DNA of 64,000 nucleotides, taken from Corallochytrium limacisporum Hawaii. Its lineage: Eukaryota; Protista; Pluriformea. Position 1 is the stretch's first letter. The number at the start of each line of letters is the position of its first letter. Of the stretch, positions 48,317-58,585 are shown piece by piece. Below the pieces are notes generated by a model, which saw only the letters and a program-made list of their open reading frames with translations, searched no databases and was not told the DNA's origin. Location of the stretch: NCBI GenBank assembly GCA_002811645.1, contig PDIP01000028.1, forward strand, positions 1 through 64,000. Reading direction: 5' to 3'. The position numbers and the translations under genes are program-made.

Positions 48317-49877
48317 CTACAATGTTTCGGCAGCATTGAGAAAGCAAGTTCGCATCTAGAGCATCCGAAGCATAAATTTGAGTACTCAAAACAATGCCAT
48401 CGACGCAATGTCCAAAACACTATACGATGTCTCTGTCTAGTATCTCGTACTTGTGGTAGCTCAACGTCGCTTATGTTTTACCCTTCCAATCGCACGCAGG
48501 AGAAGTATGGAGAAAGTGTGTGCGATCCCTTGACATGCAGGGCCATGTCCTCTGGTGACCCGCCAGGGTTTAAATCTCACCCCCAATTTTTAAATTGTTT
48601 GCGCGGGTGTTGACCCGCACTTGTTTCCAATTATAAAACTGACCCCTAGATTGTAAATTCCCGTGGTGGTTCACGTGTGCTTGGATACTAAAACCTGACC
48701 CCTAACTGTTGCCATTTGGTCTCCTCCAACCTCATCACCCCCGTCCTGACCTCTCCATCGATAACACGGTCCGAGAGAAAACTCGCAAGGTATCGCCGAA
48801 CGGTCTTGGAGGCTATTTGGTAGGGTGTGGGCTATCCCTTTTTAAATTCTATATTCAATGTATGGAATGTTGGCACGAGCACCACCCCTCCCAAGGATGT
48901 GCGAGAGCCGAGTCTATGCGTGGCAGTCGGGTCACCGTGCCGTACCAGCTCCCAACGGAGAGGCGCACAGAAAAACGGAACCGCAGGTGGAGACAACATA
49001 AGAGAGCCCAGTCAGCTTGCAAAACCGCAGACTCCGGGAACTTGCTTCGAATACGCACAAGTGAATATACTGGGAGAAAGCGGGATAGCCGTCGGGTCAG
49101 GAAGAAACAGACGAGTGCATACTGAAGACTTGTAACAGAGCACTCACAATTTCAAGATCGTGACGTAGCATGGTGACCCCTGCGCTTGCCATAGGTTGTA
49201 TATTAACACAGCGGTCATATTCGGGAGAAACTGAAGTAGGTCTGGAGGGACCGACCGGTATGGCCCGTGACGGAAATATTTATGGCTGGGGATTGTGTAG
49301 AGATTTGAACCGCTCCAGTATGGGAAGCGATGGTGATGGCTTGTTTGGGTGCCCGCGATCGCACCAGATGTAGAACCCGTGCCCTTCAATCGAGAGCAAG
49401 AATGTTTACGAAACACTTTCCCTCTCCCCATCTTCACAAGCATATTCATTTTAAGTTTCTTGTGTTGTTGATTGCGACCATGAAATGACCCGACGACTGT
49501 GCTCAAGTTTGCAGTTTGGTACCGAAACAGTGGCAAAATTGTAATATTCCGCTGGAAAAATGCTGCGGCACTGGTGGCGGCGAAATATTTATGAATAGAA
49601 ATCGAAGGGAGAAGGCGATTCCACCGCAGCTGGCTCGCTAGACAAAGGACAGCTTCAACAGATCTTCGTGATTGCTCTCCGTAGTTGTGTCACACGGATG
49701 GAGCCACACATGCATGTAGAAGTAACCAGAGAAAGCTGAGCAATGCGGACAGTCGCACAACTCCAAAGGTAGTTAAAGCGAACACAAGAACCTACAAGAA
49801 TGTTCCGGGCAAGCAATCACGTTGAGCTGACTTATTGTAAACAATCATACCCAGTTCCTTTCGCTGTAGTAGCAAAG

Positions 49878-50509
49878 ATGGCTTCGATCTCGAGAATTGC
49901 CCACACTATGAACCTTCTTGTCCACGGTGGTTACGTGGTCGTGCTGGCTCCTACCGTTTTGCCCGGTGGTGATCCTTCCAGCCCTGGAAGTTTCCTTATG
50001 GGTAGCGGCCAGGTGAACCCGGGTGCTCTTTTCATGATGCGTGTGGCCCTATTGATGCACCTGGCCCTCACTCTTGGCTCATACATGAGCCTTGGTCGCT
50101 TCGAAGCCATGCCTTTCCGCCGTGCCAGCACAATCTGCAATACCCTTTACGTAAGTATCAATACCTACCTCACAGGATCAACTCCAAAATGTGTCCCACA
50201 CTTTTCGCCCTTGGACCTTCCTTTACTAACTCTCTTGTCATTCTCTACCTTCATTCTATTTTCTTGAAACAGATGCTGAGTCTTCTTGACTTCGCCCTCT
50301 CCAGCGGAATTCTTGAAGGCCTGAATGGTCCGGCTCTGAAGGTCTTCTTCCAGAAGGTTGGTAACGACATCCACAGCGTTGTCAATCCCCTGGCTGCTGC
50401 TCCCGAAACCCGTGTGTTCCTGGCCTTTACTTCGCACTTTGTGACTGCGTCACTTTTGTTGACTGGTCTTTTGACCGAAAGCGAGAAGGAAAAGCTGAAG
50501 CGTGACTAA
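49878..50509 (+). CDS. Small multi-TM protein of unknown function (2 exons: 49878-50150, 50273-50509; 169 aa)
   Basis: A phase-0 intron joins two hydrophobic ORFs in frame; the C-terminal KLKRD is a KxKxx-type ER retrieval signal. Confidence 0.8.
50151..50272 (+). other. Spliceosomal intron (122 nt)
   Basis: GTAAGT donor, TACTAAC branch point at 50224-50230, pyrimidine tract, CAG acceptor. Confidence 0.9.
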
Positions 50510-50893
50510 GAAACTAAGAAGGAAAGCACGGGGACGTTGCAAGGTATCATATTATGTGTGTTGCAAACGCACTACGACTGGGTCCAGCATGCACCCGTCG
50601 GGAGAAGGATCTGCACCGGTGTTGCATTTTGCGCTGAATGGAACAACCCAAACAATTGTCCCAGGAATCAACTGTAGTGCCCTGTATGCATCCACCCTTT
50701 GCATAGACATAGAAAACGTTCGCACATCCGTGGCCTTAATACACACACACGCAGAAGCTTCAAGAAATCCAATCATCTAATTATGGCAACCAGCAAGGGC
50801 ATCATTTTGAATTGTCCGTAGTAATGAGATGCCTTATTGATCGATTTTGCAACGGAAACGGTGAGGTGCCATCGCACAGACGCTTGGGAACAC

Positions 50894-51404
50894 TCATTTT
50901 CGTGACAGCTTGGCCTTGCGTGCTAGTTCCATCCGATGCTGTTCATATTTGTTCACCACGGCAGCCATCCGGTTGTGCTTCTCCAGGGCCCGCTTGTATA
51001 AGGCGGCGATCTTGTTCTCTGGTACTCTAGGTTCCTTTTTCTTCTGTTGTGCAACCTGCTCGAGAGCGCAGCGACAGCCAGGACCTCCCCCGACCGCGTC
51101 ACGCGGGGATCAAGTTCATCAAAGTTTCTCCGTCGTTCCTCAGCCTGAGCTTTCGCAAGTTCCTCAGCCTCTAGATCCTTCTTCCTGCTGTTCTCTGCGG
51201 CCGCTTGTCCAGCGGGAACGTAGATCTTGCCGCGGGTCTGTCGAGAGGCTTTCACGATGCGTTAACATCTGGCCGTGAACCTACGGCACCATCAAGCGGT
51301 GATCCGCTGGCACAAACATTGATTACTGTTGTTGAGTAGACATTGCTTGTTTTATTGTAGGGCCGAGTGTAGTGGGGAATCTCAGGTAGCGGTCTGCGTT
51401 GCAT
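50894..51404 (-). pseudogene. Fragmented orphan gene for a basic coiled-coil protein (three frames, two -1 shifts) or a gene with short introns
   Basis: Frames read MQRRPLP..RPDVN / IVKASRQ..EEL..RRRNFDELDPR..AVAA / LEQVAQQKKKEPR..ELARKAKLSRK*. Confidence 0.5.
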
Positions 51405-51625
51405 GATATGAGGGGATATTTTGGGTCTAAATTTCAATACATTTACACAAATTTTCTTTCTTTATCAATTAGAATACTGTTTCATCCCTCACCCATTGGG
51501 CGGAGTCCATCAGTTCCTGCAGTGTCTGGTGGATCAATAAAAAGAGGGAGGGAAGGGGGGGGGCGTTAAAACAGAAAGAGATGACATCAACGCAGTTGTC
51601 ACCCTTGTGGGCGAGTCACAAACTA

Positions 51626-53488
51626 TCACTCCTGGACCACCACATGCATGGGCGTGACACGCCGGTTCCTGATCCCTTGGCGACCGCCAATTTTGTTTGC
51701 GGCAACTACAGTTATGTAGACGTTACAGGATCTGAGTTCCGGGAACGAATACCACATCTTCTCCGAGGCCACTTCCTCTATCTCTCGGGCGCGTTGGCCT
51801 CCCCTGCCAACTAGGGCCGACTTCAGAGCGGTGTTGGGCACTATGACATCGATGGTGATACCTAATCTCTGTTCTCGAGAGTTATAGACCCAGCTCTTTT
51901 GAACGAGCTCCGTGCGATGTAGGGCATCAGGGTACTGTCTGTAGTGTGCCTCAAAGTCTTGCCAAAGAGTTTCCTTAACAATGTGCAGGGCGTACTCCGC
52001 CGGAACCACATCACCGGCCTCAGTTGGTGGCGTGGGCCATCCTCCATTCGTCTGCGCAGGCAAGTGTGCAGTATAGTCAATAAGTGATTCCTTGAGGGCA
52101 CGCAGTCCTTCCCGTGCATACTCGCTGAGCGAGTGTGTCTGCGAAAAGTGCGGAGAGAGCTTGCTGCCCTCGACTAAGGATTGGGTCTCTAACACCTCGC
52201 CGGGATCTTTAGCCAGGTCCGTCTTGGTAATGACCATCCATGCCTCTCGTGGATATTGCTGCTGTCGCATTACCCCGATGTCTCCTGAATGCTCCTGTCT
52301 GGCCATACTGGATGACTGCTGCCATGCTTTCACAGTCCGCAGCATGTGGGAGTGCGCAGTGTTGATTCTCATCGCCTTCTTCTTGTTTGAAAAGGACTCC
52401 ATATCGATGAGCACTAGCAACAAGTCAGCATGCTCCATCGCTAGTCTTGGCTTGCTGGCCACAATCTTTTCCACACCAAGTTTCTTTGCTTTGTCGTCGG
52501 CAACCATGCCTGGAGTATCTAGGAACAGCAATTGACTCACACCCTCAGTCAGCGAGCTGCGATAGAGGTCCTGCGTGGTGTGGTTGAATGGCGAGGTGAT
52601 AGAAAGTTTTACTCCGAGTAGGGCGTTCACCAGAGTGCTCTTGCCCGCGTTTGCCACACCAACCACACCAATTTTGAGATGACGACGAGAGTGCTCGGAA
52701 ACTTCCCTGTCATGGCTGTGTATGGGCCGTTCTACGAGCACGGTCCTGAATGGGTCTGCCAGGCACGACACAGGCAACCGTGGGCGGGCCACTGCAACAA
52801 TCTTTTCCTGTCCTTGGCCATCGATGTCGTCTATATCTGCTTCTTCCACATAACCATCCCCGTAGGAAATGGTGCTACCACCCTGAACAACTCGTGTCTT
52901 CATCCCCTGAGAAAGGTACTCATGTAACACAGCCTCATTCTCACACCCACGGGTATAGTCCCACTTGGACCCTGGTCTCAAGATGTCTTCCTCATCAAGC
53001 TCAAGCACATCACACAGCTCACGGAAACGTTTGTTCTCATCATGACGTCTCTCTCGTGCCTGTGCGACAATGTGCTTAACCCAACTCTTGGATAGATCGA
53101 GTTCCCTGTAAACCTCTTCTAGGCTCTCACGCTGGTTGATCGCGTCACTCAATTCCAAGAGCTCATTTTTCAATAAATTTTCTTCTTTCTTTAACAGTTT
53201 CTTTTCTCGCGTCACTGTTGGTGCACGGGATACCTCTGAAACAATAGTTGAGAAGTCCCCTGTATGGAGAGACGTACGGATCGGTCTTTTCTTCTCTTCT
53301 ACTTTTTTCCTTATGTCCTTAGATATTTTTCTGAGAAGTTCCTCCTCAGGATCAGGCTCTTTTTCTAGTTCCTTCCGCACAACCTTGCTGTGACCCATAT
53401 ATATACTCTTCCATGACCCGCACACGTGAATCTGAGAGCGTGACGGAGACACCCTGAGCATTGCCCTGAAGCTAGTTGGACGCAGCAT
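51626..53488 (-). CDS. ERAL1: Mitochondrial Era-like GTPase
   Basis: GVANAGKSTL, HTT, DTPG, TKTD and a KH-like LVGRGGQR domain; presequence-like N-terminus from ATG 53488. Confidence 0.85.
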   Translation of the reverse strand: MLRPTSFRAMLRVSPSRSQIHVCGSWKSIYMGHSKVVRKELEKEPDPEEELLRKISKDIRKKVEEKKRPIRTSLHTGDFSTIVSEVSRAPTVTREKKLLKKEENLLKNELLELSDAINQRESLEEVYRELDLSKSWVKHIVAQARERRHDENKRFRELCDVLELDEEDILRPGSKWDYTRGCENEAVLHEYLSQGMKTRVVQGGSTISYGDGYVEEADIDDIDGQGQEKIVAVARPRLPVSCLADPFRTVLVERPIHSHDREVSEHSRRHLKIGVVGVANAGKSTLVNALLGVKLSITSPFNHTTQDLYRSSLTEGVSQLLFLDTPGMVADDKAKKLGVEKIVASKPRLAMEHADLLLVLIDMESFSNKKKAMRINTAHSHMLRTVKAWQQSSSMARQEHSGDIGVMRQQQYPREAWMVITKTDLAKDPGEVLETQSLVEGSKLSPHFSQTHSLSEYAREGLRALKESLIDYTAHLPAQTNGGWPTPPTEAGDVVPAEYALHIVKETLWQDFEAHYRQYPDALHRTELVQKSWVYNSREQRLGITIDVIVPNTALKSALVGRGGQRAREIEEVASEKMWYSFPELRSCNVYITVVAANKIGGRQGIRNRRVTPMHVVVQE

Positions 53489-54010
53489 TCCGAGTCTGAA
53501 CGGTTCGATCACAAATGCAACGCTACCCTAAGGTTTCATGTTTCTTTATTTCACTGAGCATCCTTACTTCCTCATGCACGGGTCTCATTCTCGTACAGAA
53601 GCGGCGGGATTCACAGAGTCCATGAAGTACCCTTCGTGTTCCATGCGAAACTTTGAGTTTGTTGCCGAGGGTTCATTGACCCTCCCCATGTGATGACCGC
53701 TCGGTTACTGAATAGCTCTTGGCCCCCCACGCCCGGCGAGGGGGGAGGCTTAGTACGATGGCCCGTCGCGAAAATGTGCTCTGATACACTAGACTGACCC
53801 GCCCTGGCTTATATTCAGCCGATGAATTTCATGGCTTTCTCGCGTAGAGCGGGAAAAGCCCCCAGAATCAATGAAGAGCGCTGGGAGGCGGTGAAATACA
53901 TTGCTGAAAGTGCGGTTGCTTACGCGATCCGAAACTCCGTCACAAGGAGACCATTCCATCAGGACACCATATGCTTTAGTCGTGTGGTAATTGTTATATT
54001 ACAAATGCAA

Positions 54011-54727
54011 TCACTGTCCGAACCGATTAGCAGTTTTGAGGTACTCCTTTTCCTCCGCAGTGCACTCCCTTCCGAGGCAATCGTTTCGGTATGGGTAGCG
54101 TCCAAACTTGCGCACAATGTCCGCGTGGTCTTGCTCGTAGACTAAGAGCCTATCTCGATCTTCTTTGTACTCGTCCGGTAAATGCAATTCCTTCAGAGTC
54201 CTGATCATAAGCTCATGATCCTCAATGTTTTCGGAGTGCATCAGCGGCATAAGCGTAAAGTGGATTTCATGGAAGTTTAAGTCCTCCAGCCAACCATTGT
54301 GCAAAGCCCGGTGCGTCAGATGGAGCGCTTGAGCATCCTGCGCAAACGCTTCGGCCTTGCCTCTGTGTATGCTCCGAGAAAATTGGTCAAGTGCAATGAT
54401 TTTTGCCAGCATTGATCTTGGCTGCGTTTCCCAGATCTGGGTAGATTCATCGTCAGGGTCGGACAGAATCGCATGGATATCCCCAAATTTTTGGAGAACC
54501 TCCTTGTCCACTTCTTCACCTCCCATGAACCATTTCTTCAAGTTCGGAGTTGGCCGACCATTCTCATCAGGTTGGAACCAGTACTCCCAAATGATCTTAT
54601 CTCTTCCCTGAGGATCTGGAAACATCATTGTGGTAGATAAAGATCTCGCACTGGCTATCAGAGTACTTCGGTAACAATAGCGATATGCGCGGCGACCTTG
54701 TGGGTGCCTGAATAGGCTCAAGAGCAT
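54011..54727 (-). CDS. DUF924 family protein with a putative mitochondrial presequence
   Basis: YWF..KWF..D, IIALDQFSRSIHRG, MPLMHSE, H..IV.KFGRYPYRN..LGR..T.EE. Confidence 0.9.
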   Translation of the reverse strand: MLLSLFRHPQGRRAYRYCYRSTLIASARSLSTTMMFPDPQGRDKIIWEYWFQPDENGRPTPNLKKWFMGGEEVDKEVLQKFGDIHAILSDPDDESTQIWETQPRSMLAKIIALDQFSRSIHRGKAEAFAQDAQALHLTHRALHNGWLEDLNFHEIHFTLMPLMHSENIEDHELMIRTLKELHLPDEYKEDRDRLLVYEQDHADIVRKFGRYPYRNDCLGRECTAEEKEYLKTANRFGQ

Positions 54728-55927
54728 CAAGTGCCTTTTAGGTGTCTACCACAGAGGGACGCCCTAACAACAAAGAACGCAAGCGGTTTTTTTTTGATCG
54801 TCGGAATGAGTTTGAGTGAGGACATTCTTCACGGTATCAAATACCAAATCATTTTGCAGAGAACACAGATGTATGCTGGAAGATGTGTACATGAAACCGC
54901 AGCCATCCAATGAATCTTATTCATCCACTACCAGTCCCAAGAAGTCGGTGACGTATTTCCAGAAGCGGACAATTGACATGGAGGCGCAGTGTGTAAGGAA
55001 AACAACGGCGCATGGAGAAGAGGGATAGGACGCTGGTATCTCTGCGTGATTTCTTGTTTCCCTCACCAGATCTTTTACAATGATTGGTTGTATTGTATAA
55101 CATCGAAATTGGCAAGAAATGAGGACAGTTCTTCCTGTACTCTTGGGGCGGCGCGGCTGCATGGGGTGGGGTTGATGAAGAAATTCGAGACTGCCGGAGC
55201 CTGGTGGCGAAACTGATCTGAAAACCCGGGGCTGAAAAGCCTGTTGTGGTGGTGGCGGAATTGTCGCTTTGGCGGTCATTTTAGCAGGGTAGCGGAGGGG
55301 TGCTTCAGGAAGCGAAAAGGAAAAATTCCTCACCACTTGCGTCAATCTTCCGAATCGGCAGCGGTGCCACCTTGGGGTCCGTCTGGTTTTGACGGGTCGG
55401 GCTGGTTTGTGGACAGTCCTTAGGTCTTCCAATCCTCCAACTGTAGAATTCAACGATTGGGTCGCTTATGTAACGCCGTGAACCGAGAGACAAGGTTTCC
55501 CACTCAATCCTTCCAACCGTACTGACCAGAAAAGAGACTCCCGATATGCACTTTTTTCATTACATTAGGGTCTCAGGCTTGCCTCTGCTACACACCACGC
55601 AGTGAGTGCAGGAGAGCTCCGATTCCCAGCATTCACCCCGCCTCCCTCGCTCTTGAGCCGCATTGAGACCTCCCCCCCCTCTCCCCAAGTGGCCCACTGA
55701 CCCGCCAAGGACGCAAGCTGCAGGGTTCGCCACCTTAGGAACCAATGGGCTCTTGTTTGATGACCACAAGGACACTATTTGATGTTGCAGCTAAAAATGA
55801 AGAAGTGTCTATACATTAAATGGTAGGGTACATAGCGCTAGTGTAATGGGTAGCGTCCTGCGAAATCATGTGTCCTGGGGGGCTGACTGCACGATTTAGA
55901 TGGTGACATGAGCACACTGCACCTACA

Positions 55928-57244
55928 ATGGCGCAACAACATCAACGCATCGGATCAAATGCCGCTGAAAAGCTTGCAGAGGCGACCGCTTATGCCGCAG
56001 AAACAAAGCAAAGTGGTCCACCCGCCTCGCAGTTCAGTAATTGCTCCCTAACATGCCAGCAGGTTGAGGAGATTTATGAGAAAATGCCCATGGAAGGCCG
56101 CAAATTAGTAGGCGATTACATCACCAAACAGGCACCTGTGTTCAAGGTCTGCGAACGTAAAGCAACAGCACTATCAATGTCTGCCGCTCATCCAAGTCCA
56201 CGGAGTATGGTCTTTTTGACTTTTGATACATTGCGGTACCGAAAATTCAATTTCCGGGGTCTGGAGGCACGACACTATCCACCTGCACAGAACAAAGACT
56301 CCCTCTTTACGCAGGCCATGGAGGTGCTTAGAAATGTTGCATTCCCAATGAACATGATCATGGCACGGTACGAGAATGCCTGTCGGAAGGGTCACATCAT
56401 GGTAGTCGACGCGAACTTGGAACTTATTGAACGTTTTATAAGTTCTCAGATCGAACAGGACCGGCAACAAACATCATCGGAGACCAAGGGAGAGGCACTC
56501 TTCAACAAAGCAGTCAGTGATACGGGACTGACTGTGCGGAAGCAATGGCACGAGGCCGGGCTAAGTGATCAGCTCTACAGATCAGTCGCCTTCGGCATGT
56601 TCCAACTGCGTGCTGAGGAAGATCCACCCTTCTTCGTTGTCTACTCTTCGCGTAGTAAGCAATACGCTGTGGTGGTGTGTTGGCAGTGTGAGCTGCTTCA
56701 GAGGGTGTTGGCCGAGACACCATTGCTGGCACCGCGAAGGATCATCGCGTGGCCTACAAAAGAGCACGCCCTGTACACTCCACGGCCCGCCCGATTCTGT
56801 CAATACGCACTGTGCGACAAGGCAGTGGCCCTTCCCGCCACAGACCTGCATCGGGCGGTCTTGGAGACCTTTGAAAACCACAATGACACAAGGGCAAGAC
56901 AAGGACAGCGAAAATTGGATATCACAATCCACGATCTTTTCATGGATAAATACAAGCATGTGGCAGCGGAAGAAATGGCAGCAATAGCATTGGATGATCC
57001 ACAGCAAAAGGAGAAATCGAACAGAATTGTCGAAATGTATATGGAAAAATGCAAAGAGGAGTTGATCGAGGCCAATGAGGAATTTGCTGCCTTGTTTAAC
57101 AGAACAGATGACTCTGTAACCAACGAAGACTTGGCTTTCAAGAGATGTACAGCATGTAGATCTGCCTACTATTGCAGTGTTACCTGCCAGAAGAATGACT
57201 GGAACTCTCATATGCATTTGTGTCCAAATTTGAAAACTGTGTAA
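55928..57244 (+). CDS. MYND zinc-finger protein
   Basis: C-terminal CTACRSAYYCSVTCQKNDWNSHMHLC. Confidence 0.85.
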   Translation: MAQQHQRIGSNAAEKLAEATAYAAETKQSGPPASQFSNCSLTCQQVEEIYEKMPMEGRKLVGDYITKQAPVFKVCERKATALSMSAAHPSPRSMVFLTFDTLRYRKFNFRGLEARHYPPAQNKDSLFTQAMEVLRNVAFPMNMIMARYENACRKGHIMVVDANLELIERFISSQIEQDRQQTSSETKGEALFNKAVSDTGLTVRKQWHEAGLSDQLYRSVAFGMFQLRAEEDPPFFVVYSSRSKQYAVVVCWQCELLQRVLAETPLLAPRRIIAWPTKEHALYTPRPARFCQYALCDKAVALPATDLHRAVLETFENHNDTRARQGQRKLDITIHDLFMDKYKHVAAEEMAAIALDDPQQKEKSNRIVEMYMEKCKEELIEANEEFAALFNRTDDSVTNEDLAFKRCTACRSAYYCSVTCQKNDWNSHMHLCPNLKTV

Positions 57245-58585
57245 TAGAAGGCTGCATTGCTCAAAAGTGAATATTGAATTCACTTGGCGATCATATCTGG
57301 TGATTGAATTACGGATGCTCCTCAAATGAAAGCCCCGTAGACAGTGAAGATACCATTATTACTAAAACATTGAACGATGCTCCACGTATGTTCTAACCAT
57401 TTCGAAAGATACAGAAACCTGAAGGTTTCCGTCTGGATTGGTTCAATGGCTGAATCAGTTCTACGTATTTTCAATTACACCTTAGAGTTTTTACACGAAA
57501 CCAACTGGATCATGAAAAGTCAATAACTAGCAGATCTCTAAGGATTCCCATATTAACTTGCATGTTGTAGCCTGTGTTTACTTTTGTTGCATCAATACAA
57601 TGCAAATTTGTTGTCTCTTTCGGTGTCACTTGCACCATGATTTGCGGCATTGAGTAAGCAGCTCGCATTGGTTGTCATAGCCTGCGTTGTAGGATTCGAA
57701 TTCTTTCCATAGCCCACTATTGCCTCCTCTGGGTGAGCCTATCAAAAAAAGAAAACTCATCAGAACACTGCGTCTCCCCGCCTGTCCTGCCCACCTCCAA
57801 CCTGTGCGTGTTCCGACTCCTCCCCACAACTGGATTGCTACTGCAAGTATTCCTGCTCTCGTTTCCGAGACCATCGCACCCTACTCGAGCAACAGACCAC
57901 CGGCTGGCGCACCGAGAGGCAACGGACTCCCCCTTCCCCCTTCCCCGCGGGGCGGCCCCCCGGTGAATGCCCAGTTCTTCAATTGTTTTCAGTAAAGTTT
58001 TCGAAATCTCGGGCGCTGCTCCGCCTTACGATGGCTCAAAAAAATTGGCGGGAAAATTTCGCTCCACGTCGGCCCCCTTCCTCGTTTGCCCCCTCATCCA
58101 CCTCGAGCGCAGATTTCGGAGAGACTGTGCATCGGGGGGGGGGGGCCAGCAAACTCACCAGCAGAGCAGAGAGCCACGCCACAGCGCTTGGCATTTTTGC
58201 AGCAGATAATGGCCTGTACGCGAACCCACACAGAAGACGCACACTTAGAGATAGGTGATCAACAGGGGGCGTACAAGGGAAATTAGCAGCAGAGCGAACT
58301 ATGGTAAAACATCTCGGAACGGCAAGCCTGGTTGTGGCTTTGGAGACCCCTTTGGGACGTTGTCTGCGACGAAGAAAGTAGGAGTGTGGTCAGAAGCCAT
58401 TTGCAATAAACGAAGACCCCAAGGCATGGTACGGCGCCTGCTGGTCCCGCATTCAGCTATTCTGTTCAGGTAAAAAGGGCCCACGACATTACTGGTCTTA
58501 TCCCTGTGTGACCAACATCTTTATCACCTGGGTTTTAATGTTTCTGTCGGAGTAGTCAGGATCCGTAAGGACCAGAAAGAGAATC

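Noticed and set aside
53685-53790. Box C/D snoRNA (GTGATGA..CTGA..CTGA)
   Set aside because: Weak terminal stem and no rRNA-complementary guide that I can recognise.
55165-55228. Short box C/D snoRNA (TGATGA..CTGA, GGGTT/AACCC)
   Set aside because: The stem register does not fit a K-turn and no target was identified.
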